Shown piece after piece: positions 17,468 to 27,356 of a stretch of 56,145 nucleotides of DNA. The notes under the pieces are model-generated. The model was not told where the DNA came from, ran no database searches, and saw only the letters and a list, made by a program, of their open reading frames with translations. Source of the DNA: a phage; the sequence record PZ386950.1; one strand, given 5' to 3'. Positions within the stretch are counted from its first letter, which is position 1. Every line of letters starts with the position of its first letter. The translations under genes were made by a program, and so were the position numbers.

Positions 17468-17889
17468 TGACACTCTCAGATGTTTCAGGAATTGTTTATA
17501 ATCGCGTTCTGGCGAATCTCCCCGTGGAAATTACGCCTGACAGATTTACAATCGCTTCTGGTCAACTCCCTGATGACACTACAGAAAAACCCGGTCTGAT
17601 TCTGACACACAATCCCGGTCCGTGGACAATAACCACGTTGGGTGGGGAAGGTGTTTGTCGTCGTCGTTTAAGAACAGGAAACGTTTTTTTACAGGTACGC
17701 ACACCTGCTCAGTATGGTATGGACACTTTGAGTATTGATATTGCGGATCGGCTTGCAAAATTATTTGAAGGTGTCTGGCAGGATCGCCCGTTAATTTACA
17801 CGAGTGTTGATATTCGTCATCAGGGTCGTGATAACGCGTGGTTTTTAACGAACGTCGTACTTAGTTACGAATACGAAGAAATATATTAA
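17464..17889 (+). CDS. tail-associated protein (putative)
   Basis: 141-aa ORF by position. Confidence 0.4.
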   Translation: MMTLSDVSGIVYNRVLANLPVEITPDRFTIASGQLPDDTTEKPGLILTHNPGPWTITTLGGEGVCRRRLRTGNVFLQVRTPAQYGMDTLSIDIADRLAKLFEGVWQDRPLIYTSVDIRHQGRDNAWFLTNVVLSYEYEEIY

Positions 17890-17925
17890 ACTACGAATGA
17901 TTGCAATCAAACGAGGCTTAGAACA

Positions 17926-19383
17926 ATGGCTGAATCAATTTTTAAATGTTCGCAAACACCTGCGGCTGATGTAAACGCAACACGACTCAGTGTAGCAAAA
18001 GTCTGTGAACCTGTTTCTGGTACACCCTGGACGGTTCAACAACCGAATGAAATCAGTTCTTATAGTGCTGATATTACAAAGACTCAACGCACACCGATCA
18101 GTACGGACCGATCTGCACGTAAAGGCACGGTAACTAACGTTGAAGTTGCACCGGGTTTTCAGACAGACCTGACACTTGATACGTTCCGCTACTGGGGTGA
18201 CGGATTCCTTTATAGTAAATGGGTCGGTGCTGGTGCAATTGATATTGACGTTACCAGTGTTGGCGCTGACGCTTATAACGTTACTACTCTTGATGCTGCG
18301 CTACCACAAGGCGCACTTGTTTATGCAACAGGTTTTACACTGGCTGCAAACAACGGTTTGAAAACAGTAGGTGCTGATAGTACCACTACTGCTATCAACG
18401 TGTCAGGGCTTACTGCTGAAGCGTTACCGCCTCCTGAAGCTCGTTTGTATCTCGTGGGTTATGTAGCAACGTCTGGTGATATCGCTGTTAACAGTAATGG
18501 TCAGTTGACGTCAACCACCCTGGATTTTTCCACACTGGGTTTAGTACCGGGCCAGTATATTTATATTGACGGTCTAACACAGCCCGTGACCAGTAAAATG
18601 GCCCGTGTGACTATGGTTGGTGATCATGTTCTGACTCTCGCTAACAGTGAATTCACCACTGAAGAAGGTACGGGTAAAACTGTACGTTTATTTGTTTCCA
18701 GTTTTGTTCGAAACGTTCCTGTTGACTCTGCAGAGTTCGTTAAAACCGAATACACAATGGAAGCACGTTACAACACGACACCTGTTATTTATGAATATGC
18801 GCGTGCTGTAGCTGCAAACCAGATGACGATCAACGCGCCGTTGACTGAAAAAATGACAATGGATTTGACGTTTGTCGCACAAGACTTGTCAGCACCGTCA
18901 GAAACCGCGTTACCGGGTTCCGGGTATATTGAATTCGTGGCTAACGAAGCGTACAACACCGTAACGAACCTGAACCGTGTACGACTGACCGGTATTGATG
19001 ATAGTGGCCTCAGTACGTTCCTGAAAGACGTTACTGTCACCGTGAATAATAACGTGTCAGGTGAAAACGTGCTGGGCGTGATGGGTGCTGCGTTTACTAA
19101 CATCGGTAACCTGGAAATCACGATGGAAACTGAAACGGTGATGACGGACGGTGCTGTATTGGCTGCGATCCGTAACAACGCAACAGTCAACTTCGAACTT
19201 GCCGGGGTAAACGGTGACGGTGCCATCGTGGTTAACATCCCCGCTATGACACTGGGTGATGGTTCCAAGAACCTTGCGACGGGCGAAAAAGTGAAAGTTA
19301 CTGTGTCCGGTAACGCCCACGAAGAAGAGTCAATTGGTTTTATGATTGGGTTTAGCTTGTTCCCGTACTTGCCTACAGCATGA
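17926..19383 (+). CDS. major tail protein
   Basis: 485-aa ORF upstream of chaperone and tape measure genes; strong terminator after it. Confidence 0.6.
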   Translation: MAESIFKCSQTPAADVNATRLSVAKVCEPVSGTPWTVQQPNEISSYSADITKTQRTPISTDRSARKGTVTNVEVAPGFQTDLTLDTFRYWGDGFLYSKWVGAGAIDIDVTSVGADAYNVTTLDAALPQGALVYATGFTLAANNGLKTVGADSTTTAINVSGLTAEALPPPEARLYLVGYVATSGDIAVNSNGQLTSTTLDFSTLGLVPGQYIYIDGLTQPVTSKMARVTMVGDHVLTLANSEFTTEEGTGKTVRLFVSSFVRNVPVDSAEFVKTEYTMEARYNTTPVIYEYARAVAANQMTINAPLTEKMTMDLTFVAQDLSAPSETALPGSGYIEFVANEAYNTVTNLNRVRLTGIDDSGLSTFLKDVTVTVNNNVSGENVLGVMGAAFTNIGNLEITMETETVMTDGAVLAAIRNNATVNFELAGVNGDGAIVVNIPAMTLGDGSKNLATGEKVKVTVSGNAHEEESIGFMIGFSLFPYLPTA

Positions 19384-19403
19384 CATGGTGGATGGTAGTG
19401 GTT

Positions 19404-19428
19404 GCCCGGTTAACGCCGGGCTTTTTTG
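19404..19428 (+). terminator. rho-independent terminator
   Basis: stem gcccgg-ttaacg-ccgggc followed by tttttt. Confidence 0.7.
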
Positions 19429-19488
19429 TTGCGTAATTTGTACAGAACTATTACTATCTAATCGTCTACTACATAAAAGGTAAAAACC

Positions 19489-19911
19489 ATGTCAAAGTTT
19501 GACCATCTGAAAAAAGCACTTTCTCCACTGGTGCTGAAGTCTTCTGCTGAACTGATTTTAAATGAAAATTTCAGTATCACCGTGTTGAACCTGAACACCG
19601 CTAACCAGGTATATAACGTAACAGTCGCGGACTATGTAAAACAGAACGGTGTGTTGTCTGAAAACTTCTTTGAAAAACTGTGGAGTCAGGAATATACACC
19701 AGAAGGTGTTAAGTTCGTGGCTAACGTTCTTATGCTGGACTGGAAACTGATTGGTGAAGATGACAAACCGGAACCATTCAGTGTCGAAGAAGCTATTGAA
19801 CTGTTAAGTGATGAACGTTTCGGTCAGGTGATCTACAGTCGTGTTATTCAGTTCGCAATTAATTCCGCATTCTTCAAGGACGAATGGGAAAAACAGATTG
19901 AAAAAAACTGA
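19489..19911 (+). CDS. tail assembly chaperone (G-like)
   Basis: 140-aa ORF directly upstream of tape measure gene, ends at slippery A_AAA_AAC. Confidence 0.7.
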   Translation: MSKFDHLKKALSPLVLKSSAELILNENFSITVLNLNTANQVYNVTVADYVKQNGVLSENFFEKLWSQEYTPEGVKFVANVLMLDWKLIGEDDKPEPFSVEEAIELLSDERFGQVIYSRVIQFAINSAFFKDEWEKQIEKN

Positions 19912-20207
19912 TTGACTTCCTCTTGTGGAACGATAAGACAGACGGGGACGACCTGGACTGGGTTACACAAGGGGCGGTTGCACGTGGTATATCTGTTCCG
20001 GTTGTTGTACAGAAACGTCCTAAACTGCGACCTGATGCTGTTTTTTACTGGAATGCTTTTTTGGATTTGATAGGTGCTGATTGGGTTGCTTGTGAGCGTT
20101 ATGCACGGGTGTATAACGTTGATGTACAATTCTTGTGGAAATTATTGATAGCATTGCGGTCTGCACGTGTTGCCGAGATGAAGAAAAATAAACATAAGCC
20201 CGGTTAG
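19489..20207 (+). CDS. tail assembly chaperone frameshift product (GT-like)
   Basis: -1 slip at A_AAA_AAC (19902-19908) continues into the 19923..20207 frame (KKLIDFLLWNDKTDG...). Confidence 0.6.
19902..19908 (+). other. programmed -1 ribosomal frameshift slippery heptamer
   Basis: A_AAA_AAC immediately before the stop codon of the chaperone ORF. Confidence 0.6.
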
Positions 20208-20221
20208 TTCCGGGCTTTTTC
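20197..20221 (+). terminator. rho-independent terminator
   Basis: stem agcccgg-ttagtt-ccgggct followed by ttttt. Confidence 0.6.
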
Positions 20222-20278
20222 ATATCTCGTGGTTAACGTGTTAAACTATATACATGCTTCACGAAAAGGTTAACCAAC

Positions 20279-23194
20279 ATGGCACAATATCCTATTGATA
20301 TTAAGATTGACACCGGTTCGGCTGACCGCAATCTTAATAACCTTAACAGTCAGTTAGATCAGACTGAAAAATCAACCATAGCTGCTGCACAGGCTGCTAA
20401 TCAGTTATCTGAGGCTGAACAGCAGGTTGCAAAAGCAGCACAGCAACTGGCACAGCAACAAGCTAATCAGGCTGCGCGTACTATAGCAACTGCTCGCGCT
20501 ACTCGTGAAGCGGCAACAGCACAACTACAGCTTGAAAAATCACTTTCTGCATCTACTGACAACTTTCATGTTATTGCACGTTTACAGGCGCAAGTTAAAC
20601 AAGCTACTGAAGCTGAAACAAAAGCTACAGAACAATTAAAAAACAGTCTTAAACAACTTGTACCTGAACAGAAAAAAGTCATAGAAAATACTAAGCAGGT
20701 AGAAACCAGCACTAACAAAACAACAGGCGCTCTTGAAACACTTGTCACTGGTGCAAAAGCGTTTGTCGGTTTACAGATTGCAGGATCGCTTTACGACTGG
20801 GGTAAAGCCTTTGTAGATACTGCAACGAAAGTCGAACTGCTACAAAGTCGTATCAATCTGTACACATCAACGTCTGTCGAATCACAACAGATATTTGCGC
20901 AATTAGTACAACAAGCTAACCGTGCTGGTACAGATATTGACGCTGTGGCAAACAGTTTTCAGCGTTTTGCCGCTGCTGGTAAAGATGCCGGGATTAGTAA
21001 TCAGGTTATTTTACAGTTTACCGACAACCTGCAAAAAATGGCCCGTGTATCTGGTGCATCCAGTGCTGAAGCATCTGCGGCTATTTATCAATTATCACAG
21101 GCATTTGCATCTGGTCGTTTGCAGGGTGATGAATTCCGATCTGTGTCAGAACAGTTACCAACTGTTCTTCAGGTGCTGGCTAAACAGATGGGTGTCACCA
21201 CGGGGGAACTTAAACATTTAGGTTCTGATGGTGAAATTACCCGTGATAAACTGTTGTTGTTAAACAACGCGACTGATGAAATCAGCGCACAGTTCGATAA
21301 ACTTCCTCGTTCTGTAGATCAGTCTGCCACTGCGTTACGTAACAACCTGTCTGTGGCTATTGCTGAACTCGATCAGCAGATTGGCGCATCTAAATTCCTG
21401 GCTAAATTCCTGGACCTGTTAGCAGGTGGTGTATCGGGTACAACAGAGTTAATAAAAGCCGCTGCAGGTGCTGACAAACTGGCACAAGCCACTAACAATC
21501 TGAACAGTGTTACCGCAAAACGTGAAGCCAATCTGAAAGAAATTGCAGATCTGGAAGCACAAATTCAGCGTGGGTATACAACACAGTCAATTGGTGGGTA
21601 TACAAAATTTGTTGGTGACACCAGTGCTGCACAGAAGAAATTAAACGAACTTAAAAAACTTGATGTTCAGTTAACAAAACAACAAGCAGAAGCACAACGA
21701 GGGGTTGTTCAGGCTACTCCGTTGGGTAAGGGTGTTGCTGAAAATCTTGCAAATCAGGCAAGCACTTTACAGGCGAGTATTACGGCTGCTCAGGCTGCCG
21801 GACGTCCTGATGCCGAATCTGCAAAACAGATTAAAAATCTGAAAGAACAGATCACCTATACCCAGGCGCTTGCTGACGGTAACTATGAACTGGCAGCAAG
21901 TCAGAAACTGGGTAATAAAGCAACGAAGGAACAGATTGCAGACTACGCCGCGTTGTTGAAACAACAGGCAGAATATAAAGAAAATCAAAAGAACCAGAAG
22001 AAATCAGCCAGTGCTGAAGCATCTGCTGCTAAACGTGCACAGAAAGAACTGGAACGTAATCAGGCTGCTAACCAGAAATACCTGAAAACGCTTCAGGATA
22101 AAATCAATGCTGGTAATTATGATGTTCAGTTAGCACGCGAACAGGTTCAGATTGCTTTAACACAGGGGTCGTCTGTTGAACAACTTACAGCAACGTATCA
22201 GAAAGAATATCAGGTACGTCAACAGTTAACGCTGGCATCACAACAGGCAGAAGCACAATCACGACTGAATAAAGACGCGACTGATGCTGAACGTGCCGCT
22301 GTTGATGCACATGTGGCTGCATTGCAACGACAACAGCAGATAGCACAGTTAAGCGCAGATGTAAAACAAGTTGACATTGATGTGAAAGCACAGTTGAACC
22401 CGTATCAATCACAAATTGATCAGGTTAATCAACAGGAAGCAACACGTCTTAGTATTATTCAAACTGCCCGTGAACAAGATTTAATCAACGAGCAACAATA
22501 CCAGGATATGAAAACGCAGATTCAACAGGCTGGGGAACAAGCCCGTACGAATCTTGCAAACGCTAACTACAGCTTGTTGCTACAATCCAGTGCTGATTTT
22601 TTGGGTCAAATGGCTGCTGGTCTGGCACAATCTAAAGGTGAGCAATCAAACGCGTATAAAGCGATGTTTGCACTGTCTAAAGCCTTTAGTATCGCACAGG
22701 CAAGCATTAACCTGTGGACAGCAGTTAGCCAGGCTATGGCGTTGCCGTTCCCGGCGAATATTCCGTTCATTGCACAGGCTTTGTCATATGGAACAAGCGT
22801 GTTAGGTAATATTCAGTCTGTGGCTGCAACAGGTTTTGCAACGGGTGGTTATGTTAAAGGTCCGGGTACAGGTCAGAGTGACAGTATAAACGCACGTTTG
22901 AGTAATGGTGAGTTTGTCAGTACCAAACAGGCTACCAGTCGTTATCGTAGCACTCTGGAAGCAATGAATCGTGGGACATATACCCCCGGATCTGAAGGTG
23001 GTTCATCACCTAATATTCAGGTTCATAACTACGGTGGTGAACGTGTTCAGGTGAAACAAGGATTAACACGGGATGACGTAGTGCTTATCATAGGTGAAGA
23101 ATTCCCACGACAATCAGCGGCACAATGGAATGACCCGTACAGTCAGACAAATAAAGCGTTCAGGTCTAACTATGATGCGAACAGGAAAATATAA
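20279..23194 (+). CDS. tail tape measure protein
   Basis: 971 aa, long Q/A/K-rich coiled-coil N-terminal two thirds, location after chaperone pair. Confidence 0.85.
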   Translation: MAQYPIDIKIDTGSADRNLNNLNSQLDQTEKSTIAAAQAANQLSEAEQQVAKAAQQLAQQQANQAARTIATARATREAATAQLQLEKSLSASTDNFHVIARLQAQVKQATEAETKATEQLKNSLKQLVPEQKKVIENTKQVETSTNKTTGALETLVTGAKAFVGLQIAGSLYDWGKAFVDTATKVELLQSRINLYTSTSVESQQIFAQLVQQANRAGTDIDAVANSFQRFAAAGKDAGISNQVILQFTDNLQKMARVSGASSAEASAAIYQLSQAFASGRLQGDEFRSVSEQLPTVLQVLAKQMGVTTGELKHLGSDGEITRDKLLLLNNATDEISAQFDKLPRSVDQSATALRNNLSVAIAELDQQIGASKFLAKFLDLLAGGVSGTTELIKAAAGADKLAQATNNLNSVTAKREANLKEIADLEAQIQRGYTTQSIGGYTKFVGDTSAAQKKLNELKKLDVQLTKQQAEAQRGVVQATPLGKGVAENLANQASTLQASITAAQAAGRPDAESAKQIKNLKEQITYTQALADGNYELAASQKLGNKATKEQIADYAALLKQQAEYKENQKNQKKSASAEASAAKRAQKELERNQAANQKYLKTLQDKINAGNYDVQLAREQVQIALTQGSSVEQLTATYQKEYQVRQQLTLASQQAEAQSRLNKDATDAERAAVDAHVAALQRQQQIAQLSADVKQVDIDVKAQLNPYQSQIDQVNQQEATRLSIIQTAREQDLINEQQYQDMKTQIQQAGEQARTNLANANYSLLLQSSADFLGQMAAGLAQSKGEQSNAYKAMFALSKAFSIAQASINLWTAVSQAMALPFPANIPFIAQALSYGTSVLGNIQSVAATGFATGGYVKGPGTGQSDSINARLSNGEFVSTKQATSRYRSTLEAMNRGTYTPGSEGGSSPNIQVHNYGGERVQVKQGLTRDDVVLIIGEEFPRQSAAQWNDPYSQTNKAFRSNYDANRKI

Positions 23195-23697
23195 TGAGCA
23201 ATACAGATGATTTACCACGGCTTGAGTACGGCGCGAAAATGGTGTTACCTGAGCGTGATAATTACAGTTATAACCCGCCGTGGGGTGTAACTAAATCTGA
23301 TATTTCCGGGACGCTATCACGGTTAGGTCGTAGCGCCTTTGGTGGTCCTGCTCAGGTATCGTGTACAATTCAGTTATATAGTCCTGCGATGCTTCAGTGG
23401 TGGGACGATTTTTATAATCTGGAAATCGCTGAAGGTAGTAAGCGGTTTGTGATGCAACTGTTTGTGAACGGTTTGATTCAGGAACACGTTGTTCAGATTG
23501 TCAGTAACCCGTCGTCCTCTGTTGTAGGATGGAAAGGATCTGTCGATCTACAGTTGCAAGCTGTTCCTGTAATCGACCGTTGCGCAATGGCATCACGATT
23601 GTTAATCACTAAATGCCAGGGTGATTACGCTGCTTGTTACCTTAAAGAAATTATTGATACTGGCCTACTCTTAAATAACGCGTGGACACCAGAATGA
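23194..23697 (+). CDS. minor/distal tail protein
   Basis: 167-aa ORF immediately after tape measure gene. Confidence 0.55.
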   Translation: MSNTDDLPRLEYGAKMVLPERDNYSYNPPWGVTKSDISGTLSRLGRSAFGGPAQVSCTIQLYSPAMLQWWDDFYNLEIAEGSKRFVMQLFVNGLIQEHVVQIVSNPSSSVVGWKGSVDLQLQAVPVIDRCAMASRLLITKCQGDYAACYLKEIIDTGLLLNNAWTPE

Positions 23698-24200
23698 AAG
23701 ACGAACTGCGTGAATTATTAACGGTCGCAACAACTGGTAAAGGTGTTGTTGACGGTGTGAAACTGAATCATAGTTCATGGCCTAATCCGCTATACATCAC
23801 CAGTATTTATCCGGGATTTATCGCTGTACATGAAGACGGTAAGGAATATGAGTACGAATACGTTCCGATGTCCGTCAAGAAGGCGAATAAACAAAACGAT
23901 TTATCACAGGATTATTCATTCACCATTCAGGATCTGAATGAAGTTGTCGGTGTATATCTGGACTTAATTCCGCTTGACAGTAATGAAAAACCATCTGTTG
24001 AGTTACGAACATTTGTTTACCGTGAAGATGGTTCCATGTCTGATATTCAGGATGGGCCATATCTTCTGGAATCTGGTGACATTACTACCGAACCACAGGG
24101 TTGTACGTTCACAGCATCACCACCTATTACAAACTTCGCCGGGACAGGTGAATTATATACGTTCGAACGTTTTCCTACATTGCTGGCGTATGCAACATGA
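23694..24200 (+). CDS. minor tail protein
   Basis: ATG 23694 in ATGA overlap. Confidence 0.5.
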   Translation: MKDELRELLTVATTGKGVVDGVKLNHSSWPNPLYITSIYPGFIAVHEDGKEYEYEYVPMSVKKANKQNDLSQDYSFTIQDLNEVVGVYLDLIPLDSNEKPSVELRTFVYREDGSMSDIQDGPYLLESGDITTEPQGCTFTASPPITNFAGTGELYTFERFPTLLAYAT

Positions 24201-24556
24201 TCGGTGATCGCTACGATATTGATAAATGGAATTGTACACACGAGGTCAGTCAGTGGTATCAGGTGCACAATTACCCACACGTATTGAAAACTGTTTCAGG
24301 TGATGAATGGGATATTGCGTTTGTCAGATGGATGCGAAAACGTTTTTCACCAATTACCACACCGGAACAAGGCGCGCTTGTACTGATGAAGAACCGATAT
24401 TCAGGCGGTTTTCATGTCGGCGTGTGGGATTGTGGAATGGTTCATCATTGTTATCAGCCACCTGGTGATTCACCAGGACAGACAATCAGATCACCTTTAA
24501 GTATAATCAAGACAGCACATAAAGAAATCACGTTCTGGAGAATGAAAAGTGTCTAA
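24197..24556 (+). CDS. tail protein with Cys/His peptidase-like motif
   Basis: 119 aa with conserved Cys and His spacing. Confidence 0.45.
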   Translation: MIGDRYDIDKWNCTHEVSQWYQVHNYPHVLKTVSGDEWDIAFVRWMRKRFSPITTPEQGALVLMKNRYSGGFHVGVWDCGMVHHCYQPPGDSPGQTIRSPLSIIKTAHKEITFWRMKSV

Positions 24557-27080
24557 AGTCATTTATCACACTAATCCTGTTGAACACGCGGATAACGTTG
24601 ACTTTGGTGAATGGATGCTGAAACGCTGGCCCGTGGGTACAGTTCGTCCGCGTGGGTTACTGATTTATAAAAACGACGAAAACATTACCCAGAAATGGGT
24701 CACTGACCCCAGCGTATTAACTGATCCTGATGCTGTTTATCACATTTATGAATTACCAAAAGGTGGGGTGGTTAGTGCAATAACGAAAGTTATTAGCACA
24801 ATTTTAAACCCCGTTTTAAAATTGTTCATGCCGAATACCAGTGCGTCGGCTAATCTTAAGAACTCACGTTCAGCGTCGTCTAACAACGCGCTTCAGGGGC
24901 GTACTAATGCTTCACGACCGGGTGAACGTATTTCTGATATCCGCGGTCGTGTACTGGCATATCCTGACCTGTTAATGGACTACCGAATCTTCATTGACCG
25001 AACAGAATATGAAGTTCAGTTTCTGTGTCTGGGTGCTGGTGAATACGAAGTCGAAGATGTTCGTGATGGTATTACACCTGCTGTAAATATCAGCGGTGAA
25101 AAATTAGACTTTTATAAAAAAGGTAATGCACCAGGGTATGGTTCTCCATATATGAATATCGGTGGTGCAATTGATATTAACACTTTTCCGATCATGGTTG
25201 CTAAGTCATCGAACGAAGCAGACGGATCTGAAGTCAAGCCACCAAACTATGCTGATATCAGCAAAGCGAGTTTTAAAATTTACAGCACTGGTGAAATTGA
25301 CACTATGATTTCCAGTGATGATAACACTACGGTTGACTGGTCGGAACGTGCACCAATCGGTAGTAAAATTCGTTTATCACAATTTTACAGTTTTACACCT
25401 AATACTTTACCGTTAAACACGTATGTACGTAATGACCTATCCGGTGAATATGATGTTATTTATGCAGGTGAGAATACGTTAATCATTGATACTACTGGTC
25501 GTGAAGGTTGGGATGCTCTGTCTGAAAGTGGTCAGGCTGCGTATACACAGGCTTACTTGCGAAATGACGGTTACTGGGAATTTGAAACCACTGAAGGAAG
25601 TGGAAGTTTTTTATACAAATTTTCACCATCTCTTGACAGTACTATGCCGTATATTGTCGGACCTTATCTGATCGATAGTGCGGATAAGCTGATGATCAAC
25701 TTGTATGCGCAGAACGGTGTGTATAAAACTGATGGTGATATTTATCCGTTTACCTGTGATTTCCAGGTAGTGTTGTCAGATCCTAATGGTGTGAAAGCGA
25801 ATGTGACACACTCTATGTCTGTTCGTGGTCGTTATACAGAAGCCGTAGGTAATTCATTAATCGTGGACAACCCTTTTGATGGTCCTGTTAACGTGTCTGT
25901 AAGACGACTATCAAATACAGACAAAGATTTCGAAGGATCTGTTGTTGACAACATTAAGTGGCGCGATTTATACGCTATCACGAACGTTTCTCCGCGTTCC
26001 TATGGTGATGTGACATTGATCCATACAGTAACGAAAGCAACAAACGCGGCACTGAAACAAAAAGAACGTAAGCTAAATATGATTGCAACACGTGTGTATA
26101 ACGGTGTTGCAAGTAGTAATTTTGCAGATGTTGCAATGTCAATGCACACAGATTCTTTATTTGGTCGTCGCACATTAGACACTATTGATCGTGATGCTTT
26201 ATATGCTGTTCAGGCACAACTTCTTGAATATTTTGGTGACCAACGAGCAATTGAGGTTGGCTATACATTCGATAACAACAGTACGACGTACGAAGAAGGA
26301 TTAGACATCATCTGTAACACGGTGAATGTTAAACCATATCAGATTGGTAGTGTATTATATTTCTGGCCCGAATTACCACAGGATCAGTCAGCAATGCAAT
26401 TTGGTCACGCGTTTAAAATTCCTGACAGTGATAAACGCACACGTTCTTTTGCACCACCTAAAGAATACACTGGTGTTCAGGTTAAATACTTCGACCACGA
26501 TGAAAAATCATATTTATACGTAACTAAAGGTGAAGAAACAAACCTTAATAAGATAGACCTTGTTGCGTGTCAGTCGAGATATCTGGCTACAATTCGCGCT
26601 AATCGTGAAATGAATAAACTACGTTATCAGCGTATTACGCACGAATGCACCGCGCTTAGTATCGGGTTGCAGGCTACCCCAGGAATGCGAGTGGATATGA
26701 TTGATAATACGAGAATGAAACAACATGAAGGAGTGATCATCGATGTTGATGGTTTAGTACTGACATTAAGTGACCCTGTTGATTTTGTTACAGGTAATAC
26801 ATATTCGATCACGATAACCGGGCGTTTAGGTACGCTTGAAAACATCCCTGTTTCACCGGGCGATGATGAATTTACAGTTATTTTACAATCTGCACCAACG
26901 GAAGAAATTTACACAGGATGGTTACAGGATCGGACAAGTTATATTATCAGAACAGATGATGAACGTAGTAAGCTGGCGATGCTGGTACAGACTATGGAAC
27001 CATCAGGCGCTGATAACAACTATCAGGTGGGTTTAACGTGCATCAATTACGATGCACGTTATTATCAAGATGACGTTTAA
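24549..27080 (+). CDS. tail tip / host-specificity protein
   Basis: 843-aa ORF after minor tail genes; GTG start preceded by GGAGAA. Confidence 0.6.
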   Translation: MSKVIYHTNPVEHADNVDFGEWMLKRWPVGTVRPRGLLIYKNDENITQKWVTDPSVLTDPDAVYHIYELPKGGVVSAITKVISTILNPVLKLFMPNTSASANLKNSRSASSNNALQGRTNASRPGERISDIRGRVLAYPDLLMDYRIFIDRTEYEVQFLCLGAGEYEVEDVRDGITPAVNISGEKLDFYKKGNAPGYGSPYMNIGGAIDINTFPIMVAKSSNEADGSEVKPPNYADISKASFKIYSTGEIDTMISSDDNTTVDWSERAPIGSKIRLSQFYSFTPNTLPLNTYVRNDLSGEYDVIYAGENTLIIDTTGREGWDALSESGQAAYTQAYLRNDGYWEFETTEGSGSFLYKFSPSLDSTMPYIVGPYLIDSADKLMINLYAQNGVYKTDGDIYPFTCDFQVVLSDPNGVKANVTHSMSVRGRYTEAVGNSLIVDNPFDGPVNVSVRRLSNTDKDFEGSVVDNIKWRDLYAITNVSPRSYGDVTLIHTVTKATNAALKQKERKLNMIATRVYNGVASSNFADVAMSMHTDSLFGRRTLDTIDRDALYAVQAQLLEYFGDQRAIEVGYTFDNNSTTYEEGLDIICNTVNVKPYQIGSVLYFWPELPQDQSAMQFGHAFKIPDSDKRTRSFAPPKEYTGVQVKYFDHDEKSYLYVTKGEETNLNKIDLVACQSRYLATIRANREMNKLRYQRITHECTALSIGLQATPGMRVDMIDNTRMKQHEGVIIDVDGLVLTLSDPVDFVTGNTYSITITGRLGTLENIPVSPGDDEFTVILQSAPTEEIYTGWLQDRTSYIIRTDDERSKLAMLVQTMEPSGADNNYQVGLTCINYDARYYQDDV

Positions 27081-27081
27081 T

Positions 27082-27345
27082 CTAAACATCATCTTCAACA
27101 GCGCTGGAAAATTTTTCCAGCGTTTTTAAATAATTATAAGCCTGAATAAAAGGGTTATCCCCCATAATGTCATAAGGGCATTCGTACTGTTCTGAATACA
27201 ACTCTTCTATCTCTTCTTTATTGGCAAAAAATCTAACGCCAAAAGATATAATTTGTTTATCACGAATGATGGCTGGCATGTTAACCCTGGCCACGCCCTG
27301 TGCCACGGTAAGACCACGAAAACTGATAGGTAAAATCAACGCCAT
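27082..27345 (-). CDS. putative tail fiber assembly/chaperone protein
   Basis: ATG 27345 with GGGGG RBS directly downstream of tail fiber gene on same strand. Confidence 0.4.
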   Translation of the reverse strand: MALILPISFRGLTVAQGVARVNMPAIIRDKQIISFGVRFFANKEEIEELYSEQYECPYDIMGDNPFIQAYNYLKTLEKFSSAVEDDV

Positions 27346-27356
27346 AAATCCCCCTA

